Shown: piece after piece, positions 14,253 through 28,365 of the stretch
Layout of the letters: the number at the start of each line of letters is the position of its first letter
Numbering within the stretch: the first letter of the stretch is position 1
NCBI GenBank assembly: GCA_963924565.1
Contig: OZ004612.1
Location: forward strand, 12,152,001 to 12,216,000
Direction of reading: 5' to 3'
DNA length: 64,000 nucleotides
From: Ascidiella aspersa
Taxonomy: Eukaryota
Notes under the pieces: generated by a model
Database searches by the model: none
Seen by the model: only the letters and a program-made list of their open reading frames with translations
Told to the model about the DNA's origin: nothing
Made by a program: the position numbers and the translations under genes

Positions 14253-17200
14253 TTACTTTCCCTTAATGCACTTATTAAGGAAGTTTGGCAAAAACACGTC
14301 AACATGGTGGAGAAAATTAACGTAGTCGGCATGGCCGCCATCACCGGCGACAAAACGAAAACTCAAAGAAATCGAATTGTCGTTCGTCGAGCTCAAATCG
14401 ACAGCAAAGTTGAACAATGGCTCAGCGCTGCTGTCGGTGGAAGAAGCACTGACATCCAGTAGTTTCATTTCAGGCGTTTGGCGCTCGGAATCGGTCAACA
14501 GCAGCTGGGAAACCTTCCGTTCTAAGTCCAGCAAATCGCCGCGACCCTTTTGCACCAATTTTCGGCGCGCCTTTCGCCTGCCCTCCCAGAGCTTGTGTGT
14601 GGCGACGCAGCGAAGTTCGCACGGCATTTCAAGCGACGGAACCGACTCGCTCTGCAGACAAGCCGCCGTTGGAGAGTCCAGGACCACTCTGGCGCGTTTG
14701 CAGACACGGCAGTCGTCGGGACTCGCCGGCCTCTTTTGGCCAGTTGGTTCTCTTGGAGGCGAGCCGGCCACATTAGGTTGCAATGAACCGCCATTAGGTA
14801 GTATTGCTTTTGCCAAATGGACTGACTCTTTTTCGTGGATCACTTTGCATTCCATTCGAAAAACATCCCTGAAAATTAAAAGCAGGATACCGGCCGCGTG
14901 TTGCGGCTTCACTGTGGCTTCCTTGAGGGTCACCGAAACCATATGCGCTGTAAAATCAACGCCAGTGGGAGGCATCACGTCGTCGGATTGCGTGCGCTTC
15001 TGGTGGTGGTCCACAAAGAGGTTAAGCAGTCCCCAGGTGGAACAGCTCGGAGCTTTCTGTCGGAAACGCTTCATTTTGACGGCCAGCGCTGCATTATTAA
15101 CGCGTTTGGTAAAGATAAGCATGTGTCTGGCTGTAACGTTGCCGGTTACGTTGTGACTGCGCTCGAAAGGGTCGCGCACGTTCAGTGGGCCGTGTTTAAA
15201 CGTTCGGGCCTCGGGAGGAGAAACGATTGCTGGAGAATCGGCGCTCAGTTCTTCGTACTTGGCGGTTCGCAGGTCGAGTGCGACCCCAGAAAACTCGACC
15301 TTGGCGTAGAACTGGAAGAATGCGGCGAGCCAGTCGACCAGGCTGCCTTCCTTGGCTGCGAGTAAGCTGCTTTCATTAGGTAAAGTGCAATCCCAACCGT
15401 CTACAGTCGTCCGTCGTTCAGGGCTGACCGAGGCTGTCATCTCTTCTAGCGTGCTAAGCTTGTTCGTGTTTTGTAGAAAGAAGAGCACCAAAAGGGTGAC
15501 AGCGTAGTTGTTCAAACGCGGGCCGTTGACGTGAAGTCCGCCTAAAAATGTATAGGTTCTTTTTTTTGCGCGCTGGAAAGTAGTGTTTCACAGTGACGCT
15601 TTTAGATTTATTGGAAGGATTGAAGAGTACAAATTTGTTTGATGAACTTTATTAATTTGATTATATTATCGCTGAACGAAGAAAATATAAATAGCTGCAA
15701 CAAAACTGTAGTGGGCTTTAATAAATTGTCGTTTAGTTTAAACTTTAAAGATTCGACACAATTTAGTTTGAAATTGTGCAAGTGTACTTCATCTTTACAA
15801 TGGAAACATGCCGCGGGCCACTAAAATTACCTCAGTTTTCGTATCAGAAACTGATGTGCCAACTCGTCTAAAAGCGCGGAAATGGGCGTCGGCAAACTCT
15901 TACCCGCGAGCTCCCAGTGTCGCATCCAGCAGCGAACGGCGAAGGCCAGCGGTCCAAAAGCGGGGCAGAGACGGCGGCAGGCGCGCAAGTAAGTGGTGTT
16001 TATCACGGCGAGGCGGTTGGCCAGCGACAGGTCGCAACGAACCGCAGAGCCCTTGTGCTGGAAGCGAACCAGCGGAAAGCGAGTCTGCGCGATGACCTTG
16101 ACCTTGTGGCAGTCGGGCACGCAGCGCTTAATGACCTCGCCCACGGCTGGGGCCACCTCGTGAGGCGAGGGGTCGCCGGGGTCTTCGGTGTCCGACCCCT
16201 CGCCCCTGTGGCTCAGGATCTCGTGTAGGATGTCCGGGTGTATTCTCTCGTAGGCGAAGTGCAAGTCCAAGTCGCAGTCGTGCGTACCGAAGCCGTTCGC
16301 CTTGGAAAAGTTCGGTTTTATAATTATATGTATAGAAATACAAATTCTGAAATTAAAACAAAGAAAATGGTAATTTTTTTGAGCGACACTAATGCTTGCT
16401 GTACGCTGTCCATATGAGGCTAGCAAATTAGGTTATATAATGGTTCCTGGGTCTGTACAGCTGTTAACATTATAATATTGTTAGTCTTTGGGGAGCTTAC
16501 TAAAATCAGTGGAAACTTTGGTGAGATTGAAGCAAATTAAACAGCCTTTAGTGTGTTATAAATTTGTGAAGGGGCCCAACCTGGAAAATGCTAAACAAAT
16601 TATATAAAAAAAGCCTGATAGTTATTGGGTCAATAAAATCACGTTGGTAAACCTACAGAAGATCCATATGGGGTGAGCGAACTCCCGGGAAACGCTTCCG
16701 ACAAAGCTGACAAGATTAACTGACAGATTAAGTCTCTCATGTGCTTGTCGTTTTCCGTTAGTCGCAACTCAGTTTGTAGTAACTGCATTTGGCTGTCAAC
16801 CTAAAATTTTTTTTTGGTTATTATGGGGAAACATAGTAACAATCAAACTTTAACTTAGATAAAGGCTTAGCCATTTAAAACTTTTATGAACATGAAAAAA
16901 AATTAAGAAATGACAGCTACCATACATCACTGCAAGCAGCCAAGTTTTTCCAAATTTCATCTGGGATTGCATCGACTTTGTGTGCATCTTTGTGTTTTTT
17001 CGGGCAAGCAGATTTTGCTTCTTTTAATTCTCTTGTAAATAAAAAAACATGTTAACATTATGATTATGCTGGTAAATGTTTTACTTCAACTCATCCTAGA
17101 TAAAAGTAATACAACAAAAAGACAACATGCATTTTATCAGGTGTATGCACTTTTATGCCTAGGTTAGGACGAAAAAACGAGTATTTTAACAACAATTATA

Positions 17201-18632
17201 TAGATTTATTATAACTAATTCAAATTTAGATTAATTAGTGATACCTTGGTTTTATTATGACAGGGACTCCATTGATAACATGCTCTTCAGACTCAAGCAA
17301 TTTTTTCACAACTTCTTCGGAGTCTAGTTCTACAATAGCATACTGTCTCTGCAGTAGACAAAAAAGTGGAATAGAGTTAACGCGATGTAGTGATGTAGTT
17401 AGCTATCATTTTAATCTGGATTTTCTTTCTAGCCTCAGAAATCCTTTCAAGTCATTTTCCACAATTCTTGCCGAACAAAGCAACAGCATACTCCTTTGCT
17501 ACTTATTATAATTGTAACAAGCAGCCTTTTGGCAGCAAAACACAACTTGGTTGCTGTCACATGAATGCCTGTATTGGGTATATTGTCAGTCTAAATCAAA
17601 ACAAGTTTACTATTACTTCAAGTAACTTGTTTGTTGACATTAACTGGAAGATTTGCTGAAACCCAGATTGGCAAGTAGAAAGTGGATCAGACCTTTTACT
17701 AATCATCATTGGCTAATCTTATTATTTTCAACAAAAACCCACTAATATAATTGAATAATGCAAATGCATTTTTACCATGGTTTTGTCAATTGTGACTTTG
17801 ACAGTGGAGCCAAACTGATTGAAGTAATCCGGAATTGCAAGTTCGGCCGCAACAACTGATTTGATTCCACCGACATAAACTGAACGTTTTGCAGCATCAT
17901 TCCATTCCTTCACCCTTGCCAGGTTTCTGGCATGCTTTTGTCCCTGTAAGTGAGCCAGCAAAGTGGTTTCTGAAATATAAAAAATAAAATTAATGTCCAA
18001 ATCAGGACTGTCTATGGAAAATGTGGCAAATACAGCCTCCAGATTGAAATGTTTGGCCAGTTGCACTCTCAGGTGTTACCTAGTATGCATTTGTGGCAGG
18101 TGACCACCCCATATTTTTATTATTATGTTTGTAATAATATTTTTTTTATTAAGTATTTTTTTACTAATTTTTTTTAATAATTAGAGTGCACCCCTGAATT
18201 GATGAGTTGCACACCTTAACTTTAAAAAAAGAGTTGAGAATTTTCTAAATCTCCGGTGTGCAGATAACCTTGTACACAAGCACAACTATGTAAAATGTGT
18301 CATGCAGGTGGGCCGCAACCATGTATCACGTGCGTTTTCTTAATACCACTTTTATACAGCCGCTCAAATTTCAGCAGTAGCTTAATTGCAGTTTTCGCCA
18401 ATTTAACTAATACTGTTATTAAAGCTGTGCAATATATAAAGTTTTGACTGTAGTACAGAATTTTTGGGCCATACTTGGGAGAAAAACACGTATACCGGTG
18501 AGGTGTTGAAGCACACAGTATAGTTATATTTCATTGTCCTTTAAGAACAAACTTACCATTTGGCATTGGCGCAGAGCATACTTCACAAAATATTGCATTG
18601 GATTCAAGCTTTTTCTTTTTTTCAACTTCCAT
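14253..18632 (-). CDS. TUT1: U6 snRNA terminal uridylyltransferase / Star-PAP: matrin-type Zn finger, RRM, nucleotidyltransferase, PAP-associated and C-terminal KA1-like domains; 7 exons, 769 aa
   Basis: Exons 18632-18557, 17969-17776, 17348-17245, 17031-16926, 16800-16657, 16300-15904 and 15541-14253 sum to 2310 nt in frame. Motifs: CEVC..HLQGQKH zinc finger, RSVYVGG RRM, catalytic PYGSSANGFGTHDCDLD, RCDLSLAN, LNNYAVTLLVLFFLQ, LNVRDPFERSHNV and LWEGRR. Confidence 0.92.
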
Positions 18633-20238
18633 GCTGCTGCTCCAAGCCCAAAGTGAAACAGTTCCACAAAGTTTTAAAACGTTTTACTTTGCTTTGCGAA
18701 TGGTACTTTTTTATTACTTCTTGTGCCCAGAGAGGTAGCAGAAACCTAGTCATGCAAATCAGACCGGTGTTATTATCATTTGATTTTCTCACAATAACTA
18801 TCATTTTTTTTCAGCAGAAATATTAGTATTTAACATTGACTCTTTATGTGTTAAAACCGCACAAAGTCAACCATTAAACATAAAGCATGCATTTTTAAAA
18901 GAGACTTATTATATTAGACTACACCATAGAAATTTAAAGTATTATTTAGTACAAAAATTTAAATATTTAAAAAATAATACCGGTAATGAGAAATCCTCTT
19001 TATTTTACACGTACAAGTCGTTTTAAAGTTAAACCATGGTAATGATCTACGTTCAACGAGGCACATACACGCGGTTTTCTAATAGTTATAATAGTACACC
19101 ACTACAGTATTGATGGCATCTCACATCATTTCGCGTATACCGCCAAAATATTAATGAACCGTGTCTGCAACATAGTTGCCATTCTAGATTATTTTAGCTT
19201 ATCCCACTATTTTACACAACTAAAATAACGTGGATATTCAGCAATCCACTTGTAGGGGTGTCGTATAATTTTTCATTGACTCACAATACATAGTTTGAAA
19301 ACATCGACCATTTGCTATTCCACCTTTGTACAATTTACAGTTGGCAGCCATATCAGTTTTTAAATTTGGTACCCCCCGCATGCGCATGTGGGACTCGGGT
19401 AGTTTTACGTGGTCTTACTCGAGTCCCGAGTCCGACTCCGACACCGCAGCCCTGGTCTTGAGCAACCGATGACTTGGACTGGAACCTGAATTAGTATTTA
19501 TTCGAAAAGTCTTGACTTTGGACAGTTATTTTTCTCAAAATGGCTTGTTTATAACACTGCTTATAAGGGAGTCGAGCCGGACCGGAACCTTATGAACCAG
19601 TTTACCAGTTTTGGGTCTATATTTTCCAAACAAGAACCGTTTTTTGTAAGATTTTAAGGAGCCGAATCTAACCTAAACCGAAGAGTTTGAAATAGTCTGA
19701 ACCTTAACCTAACCCGAACGTGTAAAAAGCCGTTTACATCACCATGATGTCACAACTTCAATTTAGGAAAGTTAAAAAATAAAAAAATTGTTTATTCATT
19801 GAAAAACGTTGATCTTTATTTTTCAAATATTTCAATATCAATGTAGTGCCGTTAGTTCTTTTTAAATGCTATTAAATTTGGCTGGTAAATTAAGTAGTTT
19901 TGCGTCAACGTAGCAACCTTTTGATAAGAATCAGATATAAGGAGTCTTACGGACCTAACATTAGTCCCAATAAAAAAGGCATCACCTAAACCGCTACATC
20001 ACTCTGCTTGTTTTAAATACGTCATAAAACCTATTAGCCTAAATGCGAGATACAATTAAAAAAATAATTCATTCTCTACATTGACACATGTTTTAAATTA
20101 GATTTCTCATAACAAGTGACATATAATTTCTAATCTTTGACATTGCAGACAAAGTCTAACGTGTCTTGCCAATGAGGGTCACCAAACTATGGTTTAGGAC
20201 TTTAAGCCTATATTCCGACCTAAGCCATATGTCATGAC

Positions 20239-20656
20239 TATAGGGCGAATATTTTTTGACCAAAAAACTAAGAAATTTTGACCTAAAAATGTAAAATTTT
20301 GACCTAAAAATAATATATTTTGACAAAATTTTGACCTGTTAAAAATACATTGGTTTAGATAACCTAGGCGTCGTTAATCACACGTTTATATACCCTATAT
20401 TGCTCTCATGAAGATATAATACAGTTAAAACGACTTTGAATATAAATCAAAACTAATTTTTTTGATAAAATTAAACGATAAATTTAAAAAAACAAATGAA
20501 CGACCAATTTTAAAAATCTGACTATAGTTGTTTTTTATTGTTGTAAACGATTTATGTGCATTTTTATTCCATTTTGACTTAACAAATTTGACAATTTTTG
20601 ACTTAACGTGTAAATTTTGACAATTTTTGACAAGTCAAAAAAATAATCGCCCTATA
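20239..20656. mobile_element. MITE with TIR TATAGGGCGA and palindromic 8-bp TSD GTCATGAC
   Basis: GTCATGAC|TATAGGGCGA...TCGCCCTATA|GTCATGAC, with repeated subterminal ATTTTGAC motifs. Confidence 0.75.
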
Positions 20657-23600
20657 GTCATGACACTTATAGACTAAATCACTAAACCATGAAAATTGAT
20701 GATACACAAAAACAAATGGTTATTGTCCATAAGGCGTCGTGGACAAGACGTTTCAAGATGCCTTTAATGAGTTTACTAGAATTAAAGCGTTACACAAAAA
20801 CATATATAGGTTTCTATAGGGCCTACAACTTGAAAAACACTTTATTACACTTAACCAGAATGTACAAGAGGGAGATCCTGAGGAATGTGCTAACACATGT
20901 GATTTTTACTGACTTAAGTCTTTCTTAATACCGTAAATCCAAGGCAAATCACACTCGTCTTTCGCATAAAAAGAAATGAACTCTTTTTAATGCTAATAAA
21001 AGAAGAAGAAAAGTTAATGACAGTGGTTTATTCTGAAAAATATTTCGCAAATAAAATTAAAAAAACGAAACAAATAGCAAGTTAACATTTTTAGCTTAAT
21101 TGATTGACTTACTTCGCAATTGTATTATGCACTTAGGATTAGGTCATTTGCGTAATCTACATAAGCACGAAAATGTTCTAAATTAAGTTAAACTGTTGAC
21201 TTAAGTAATTACAACAGTTGGTTTAAGCCTCAAAAGAAAAACCGAATCCATTTTTTTATATTGTATTGCAACTTCGCATGCTTTGTATTTTCGTAAAAGC
21301 CTATTATCGCACGTCATTCTACCTTTAAGCTATACCTTAGATACAAAAAGCTTCCTACTTTTAACTTAAAAATAGAAAACCCTTGGATCAAAATAATGAA
21401 ACTTATTTTAGTTTATCACAAGGCAGTTAATAAGAAGTAAATAAAAAGTTTTATGAGAAATAAATGTGTATTTTAGATTTTAATTAACAACCGCCTCGGA
21501 TATTTTAACCTACCTAGTTTTCCAAAAATAAATACTATTAAGCGTAAATATTTAAGGAATGTTAAAATATACAGCGTGAATTTATATACCGCTAGGTGAC
21601 ATTGAAGAGTAAACTAGGCTAATTTGTCTCGGTCTTTTTGCTCTAAAGGTTGCCTTTTAATGTGTTAATGGTTTATATTGATTATTTTTTTAATGTTGTT
21701 ATTGGAGTACATGCCTAAACTTGAGCGCCGCAGTCGTAGTCGGACTCGAGACTCGACAGAGTCGATTTATTTCTCTAAAGTCGGACCTAGGACTCGGCAC
21801 TCGAGTGAAACTGCCCGCTCCTCCACTGCGACGTGTGCATGCACAGTACCTAAATAGAAAACGATAAGACCGCAAACTTGGCCAAGTATTTTCTAACCAC
21901 GTATTGTGTGTGGACGAGTTATATAACAGCTTTATAAAATGCTCGATTTTTTTTGTATACAATCTTTTTTTAAATCCCGGTAACCACACACCAGATTTAT
22001 AAAGTTGTATCACAGAGGCTTCATCCAAAGTGATGCATTTAACTCTTACAATGACATTACATTTCGTGAAAGATTTCCTTCCTGGCGATTTAACTATAGG
22101 CGTTGCCTCGTGCATTGTCCTGCTGCAAACTTTTCAAAAATGTGGGGGCTTCGCTTAACGTCTAACCCATAAAAGAATCATTATATAGTTGACGTATACC
22201 CACAAGGCTTAGTATAGTTTAAATCAAAATTGACAGATTGTCAATCAACACGGCAAAGAATTGTGAAATTTTAGTTTCGCGGTCGATGCGCTAAAAATGG
22301 TGTTTTGCGTTTGAACGATAGCTTTACTTTTTAAGGATAGTAGTAGCTTTGTTATAATAATTTTTATTACGTATTTAAATTGGCATTTCTATGCAATAAT
22401 GTACTATTCTCCCTAATGAAACATAGCGGAGAATAGCCACTCTGGCGGATGAGTCTATTGAGTCATGCAGGGTCATCCTAATGTTTTTCATTTAAAAGCG
22501 ACGCATAGGGTGAACCGGGTTCCGCCAAAAATCCAGATTTCCCGGAAGCCGGTCTGGTATAATGCGACTTGTTTGCGAGAGATATGAAACTATAGCCAAA
22601 GGTTGGCATTTTGTCCAACCACCTCTGTTGTATGTTTTACCGCCATCGCAAGTCAAGCGCGGGCGTACCATTTAGTATTCAGATGATCCGCGGCAACAAT
22701 CAATGTTGTCGGTCGATTGAGCTTTGTCGCGCGTCTAGACGGAAACTAAGTTGGTTGCCTTGAGTGTTCGCACAACCGGCGAAATCAGCATGTTTTTTTA
22801 TTTTGCTGCAAACACGAACAAAAGGGGTTGATTCTCGTGTTGTGAGGGCGTTTTGTTAAATTCGTGACATAAAAGATTTTTTGTAGAAGATCCAGGAAAT
22901 TGTTCAAGAAAATATCAGCAACTTTTTAAACAAAATCTATAATACCCTGCATTAAAACCGTTTATTCTGACCAATCACAAGACATTTTTTACTTAGTTTT
23001 AAATAAATGTTTACGGTGCTTCTCAATTTTTTTCCTTCCGACGCTTTGTTGAACCTGCAAAGCACCCAGCGAAAGGATGTTTACAAATGTTATAAATTTG
23101 CTTGTTTGTAACAGAAAATCAAAATCATTTAGTTTTTGTTTCATAATAGTGATTCACATGTCAATGGATTATATTATCGGCAAGCATTTGATTACCGAAC
23201 CTAAGATCAGATGCCAAAGAAAGTCTGCAGTTGGGGAATTAATGCGACGCACTAGGTAGGGCACCGCGACGCATAGTTTGAGAATATTTATGGTTCTACA
23301 GTTAACTTATATTGGTTAGTCAAAAATATTTCTTCAAGCTTACTGCAAAATATTTGGGCGTCCAGCCCAGTTATAATTGTCATGTATTCAGGGAACCAAC
23401 TCTTTAAAAGTCACTGCGTTAGCCTATAGCTAAACTAACACTAAGAAGGTTTACGTATATCAAGGCACGATTGCAGCCTTTTGGGCGCAGGCCGGTTGCA
23501 ACTTACTGTCGAAATGTCAATTCAACATAGAGGAATTTTATTTGCTGCCGTTACAGACACGTTTGCCACGCTTCACCATATCACGTTGCGTAATCTGCTT

Positions 23601-25899
23601 TAGTGGGCGAATGACACACGACTTCATTTTTGTTAGTTTGAAAGAAAATAAATGCCGACACCAAAAGATGCCACAACCGATACAAAAAAAAACAGCGTGA
23701 AACAAACTATTTCAATGGGTCTATGTATTTTCCAAATGAGTCGAAACTTTCATTGAATATTTTCCGCTTCGATTACTTCTAAAGGGTTTTCGGATTCGGT
23801 AAAACGATATCATGGACAAAACCCCAGAAGAGTTAAAAAAAAAACAGAATAACTTTTAGAGTCTCAAACAAATTTGAAGTATTAATTTTATGAAAATGTA
23901 GGAGGGTAATTGGGTTTGGCATTTATGTTCAAAATTTGTTTCACATCTAGAATTTTAGTAAATTTTCTGCCTTCTATATTGCATTAGGAGTTCAATGTAA
24001 CCACCTATAATTGCCCACATCTCACCAACCCCAAATGCATTTCTCTCTACATTGTAAAGTCCACAAGATATCACTGTTATACCAAAGCGACGCAGCCTAG
24101 AGAAGTGGAAAATATCTTCCTCGAGTTTTAAAAATAGCGCGGAAAGTCGTGCTTCTACCTGCGCTATAGGCGTCGCGTCGGTATTACCTAACCGTTTCAA
24201 AACTGTACTTTTGCCGCACGCGCCAGACCGCCAGCGACCTGCAGAGAATGCACTCTTCCAAGAAGCGAGACTGAAATTGGTAGCGGCGCGGCCGAAATTG
24301 TTGATGCCCGGAGATGTAATCCCCAGAGCTGCTTACATTAAAAGTGCTGCCTGGCAGGTCGAAACAAAGTTAAGCGACGCCCACGCGCTAGGCGAACAAT
24401 AACAAACAGTTTTCCGCGCGGCTGATGTTTACGTCGGAGCGCTCGGCGATCTAAGGTGCGGCGACCACAGCAATTCCCTAATCTCTGTTTGATTTAACCA
24501 CGCGAAACTGACTAGCCCTTGAAAACTGTTCGCTTGACCTTTAGCTCGAAGCCACAATGCCGGCAAATGCTTTCGAGGTAATGTTGTTTACGTTCGCGAG
24601 TGCATAATCTTCCGGGAGCAGCTTAGGCGACAGGAAGAAGAATTGTTTACGCAATTTAAGGTGTGGCCACTTGCACATTTGCGCTTCCTCGTTTACGGTC
24701 CAAAACATAAAAAAAACTTTGAAAGTAAAACATTGAAATATCTTTCATGCAAATAATATATTTTTTCTTTTGGCATATATTGTGACGACTATAGTCGCAC
24801 TTGGTACCTGCTGTAATTAATAGAACTATATATTTTAATAAAAAGTATAAAAAATTGTATATTTTAATAAAAAGTATTAAACTTATACAGATTTAAACAA
24901 TGTTTACCATTGCAAGCACAACAGCTTTGATCAAAATTACATAAATGACAAACAGCGGGACAGACGAGTAAAGTCGTTGCTTGTTATTTAAACAAGCCGA
25001 GTAAAAAAAACAAAGCTCTCTCGTTTTTTCGTAGATCTCGTTAAACAAAACTCTAACAAACAAACACAACTTCCATTGCTTAGCGAATAACAGGCGACCC
25101 ATCCCCACACCTGCTATGGAAACAGCCATTGCATACGTTGACTCGACCCACGGGCATTGACGCGCCACGGCAAAGTTTTAGCTTTGCTTGTTTGTGTGTT
25201 TGTTTGCTTTGCGCTGCGCAGTCAAGTGCAAACAAACAAAAGCGCCGGCAAAATCCTCGCCGAACGCCATCGGCCTTTCTCGACAGATTTGCATTCAAAA
25301 ATTTCAGCAACCTGATGAGGTGCTGATGGCGCAAACGATTTGCTCAACAGACATCTCGATTCTCGACTCACTCCGGCCTGAACCTATGTCACGTAATGCA
25401 GCAACGAAGAGACAGCATTACGTCAGTTAGCCCTCGGCGCCGGAGCCGAAAGCGATCGCCGAACGCACCAACACCTGAGGTGCCTGGTGGCGTCGGTCGA
25501 AAGCCTTTCGGGCGGTTTTGCCAAAAAGACAAACTGAAATTTTGTGCGCCCGGTACGCCACTTCAGGGAATTCCGGAAAGCCTTAAATGGAACTTGCGTT
25601 CTCGATTGACCGGTTTGCATTGCGATATCATTTATTACTGACAGACCTGCGATGGCTTTCAAAACAAGAGCCGCCTTATCTACTGACCACTATCAACACC
25701 TAAAAGCGTAAACGGGAAAGAACCTTTTGGACAATTGGCCTGATGTGAAGCAATTGCGGAAGCATATACCATGCAGCAAGGGCCAATTGGGACTTATTGG
25801 CAGATTTTACGTTACAAAATGGCATTCCTTGCCAAGCATCGATTACCCTTACAACGTATTCGCCTTTCAAATGTATATCATCGATGTAAAGTACTAGAC

Positions 25900-26878
25900 C
25901 AGGGGTTCCCAATCGGATGGTCGCGACCCCCAAGCAGTGTTGTAATGACTTAAGTCATTGACTTGACTTAAGTGCACTTACGTCACTGTTTTTAAATGAC
26001 TTGACTTGACTTAAGTCTTTTGATCCGAATAACTTGACTTAAGTATTTTGGACAAATGATTTTACTTGGACTTAAGTCATTTTGTCAAATATCTTGGGAT
26101 TAAATTAACTGTTTTTCATTAAAATTTACCGCATCTAACGTTTTGCACAGTAAACAATTTTATTGCTGTTTATTGTGTTTGTGTTATATTTCAGTTAAAT
26201 TGTTGCCCATAATCGGCAAGTTTACCAATTTTAATAATTTAACAGTTTACTTTTATGTTAGTGACATGACTTGAAATTTTCGACCTCATAATGACTTGAC
26301 TTGGACTACCGTACCGATTACTTGGACTGGGACTGGACTTGTTATTTTTGCTACTATTGACTTGACTTGGATTTAAGTTATTTTTCAAATGACTTGTGAC
26401 TTAAACTGAAGTCATTTCAAAATGACTTGTGTACAACACTGTCCCCAAGCGCAAGGGGTTATCTGGGGGGTCATTATGTACTATTTGATAAAAGGAAACT
26501 AACAACTAAAACTATTCGAAAAAAATGGCAGTGAGATAGAGCGGAAGGATGCGCCAGTCTAATATGTTTATGAAAAATTTGTGTGTTTTATTTTTAACTA
26601 TATTAGCAATTGTGTTTATGATGTCACCATTGCGTTTGTTTACAATTAACAGCCGAAGCTCAGCTTCAGTCAAAATAGTATTTTTGAGAGAAAGAGAAGT
26701 GTTGGAAATTTTACGAAATTCCTAAAAAATTAACTTAGCAATTAACAGATAATAATGTCTCTTGGGTTTCGACCACCCTGATTCAAAGTAAGCGCTATCG
26801 ACCCCCTACCCCGCCATGGTTTTCGCCCCCATTGTTTCTCTTCCACCCCCTAAGGGGCGATAGCGCCCACAACCACTG
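25900..26878. mobile_element. Older hAT MITE hosting a nested insertion
   Basis: Starts CAGGGGTTCCCAA and has a degenerate end ..AACCACTG. It is interrupted by the 25935-26441 element. Confidence 0.45.
25935..26441. mobile_element. hAT-type MITE of the GACTT-repeat family
   Basis: TIR CAGTGTTGTA/TACAACACTG. Flanks CCCCCAAG and TCCCCAAG match 7/8 as a TSD. It has many GACTT(G) subterminal repeats and is homologous to 52491-52932. Confidence 0.8.
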
Positions 26879-27285
26879 GACTAAATACTTCATCACAATT
26901 AGAGAAACTCCTTAAAGCCAATGCGCAAGCGGCATTCAATCGAATGTAATTGTGTAAAATGTAAATTACCACTTTTATATGTATGACTGTAAAAATCTAA
27001 TTTTTTGTATTCGTAAAGTAAAGTTCTCATATTATATTTTTGCCTTTATTAATATACAGCTTGCAATAAGAACGTATTATATAACTTGAAATGCAATTTT
27101 AACCCATAAGAGTGGTTCTTATCGCTTTCTAAAAATAATTAATATAATCAAGTAGAAGTTTTTACGTGCTAATAAAGTCCAGCGGCCGTTACTTAAATAC
27201 AGAGCATACACAACGCCTGTACTTTAGATAACTGAGGGAAAATATGAAACTTACCCCCTTTCCTGCCTAAAAGTTTGTTAGCTTT

Positions 27286-27366
27286 CACATCTTACATGTG
27301 CAAACATGGGCGTTCACGTTTTTTCTTTTTACACATCTTACATGTGCAAATATGGGCGTTCACGTT
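27286..27366. repeat. 35-bp direct duplication
   Basis: CACATCTTACATGTGCAAAYATGGGCGTTCACGTT occurs at 27286 and 27332. Confidence 0.85.
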
Positions 27367-28267
27367 AAATTTTAAGTTGTTGTTGTTGTGCTACTAACGG
27401 TTGGAGTTTAACTATAGTGTTTAACTAAATCTATAGATTTTAAATTGTGATGGTGGTCGTCATGGACGTCTACAAGGTGCCAAGACTGACAAGCAACGCC
27501 TAGGAAGTTTTCTGTATCTAAAAAGAACATTGAGTCGGTGGCGCAAATGAAGTTTATCAATTTTCAATAAATGATTTAATAACCCGACAAGTCACTTACG
27601 GCGATCATCGAAAACTATTTAGACGTTAGAAGCCTCACCTTTCATAAACATCACTTTTCAATAAAAGCTTACGTTTTTCACGGAATGTGATGAATGCGTC
27701 ACGCGACCCGAGTTCTTCGTTAACAAAGACGGTTAAAAATCACGGATAGAGTAAACGTTCGTCACCTTAATATATTTCGTAAATGTAAATGAGGCAATAG
27801 GATTAAAACGGACAAAAGCGAGAATAGAACACGTTTCCAACTGAGACGCACACGTTTTTGTTCGCTCGACTCGAAACAAATGCCGTCGTGTCGGTCTGCA
27901 AATCCCGACTTTGTGCAGCAATCTCTTAACCATAAACAAACGTGTGGATGTATGCACAGTTTGTACACACGTATCATTGCGCTCACCATCGCTGGACCGC
28001 ACTCAGCTGGCTCTCGGCAATGTTTTAAAATGCAAAACAGTCCACGACGAGTTGTTACATAGCGCTGGGAAGTTAAACCTGAGTTTTGACAACCAAAGCA
28101 TTGCTCACCGCTGCCTTAACACGCAATGTAGGCACAATGTTGCTATCCTGGTGGCGATGTCAGAGCACGACATATGACACACCTGCAACACGGTTGAAAA
28201 TTTAACAACACAGATATCGGAAAATACGCATATTCAGCAAATTGTCTTAATAAAAAAAGATGAAAAT

Positions 28268-28365
28268 CAGTCGGTAGTACGACAGTTCCGGTATGACCGG
28301 AGGTCGTGAGTTCGAACCTCGCCGCAGGCTACTTGTTTTTCTGGCTCTACAATCTTGATCAGACT
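28268..28365 (+). mobile_element. tRNA-derived SINE, second copy
   Basis: CCGGAGGTCGTGAGTTCGAACCTC followed by TGTTTTTCT..TTGATCA matches the 9341 copy. Confidence 0.65.

Noticed and set aside
14377-15365. Long plus-strand ORFs (259 aa and 155 aa)
   Set aside because: They are antisense shadows of the GC-rich last exon of TUT1.
16657-16700. Apparent frameshift near the TUT1 PYGSS motif
   Set aside because: Careful reading gives FPGSSLTPYGSS in frame.
25935-26441. CRISPR-like or iteron-like array of GACTT repeats
   Set aside because: Spacing is irregular and the array is bounded by TIRs and a TSD, so these are MITE subterminal repeats in a eukaryote.
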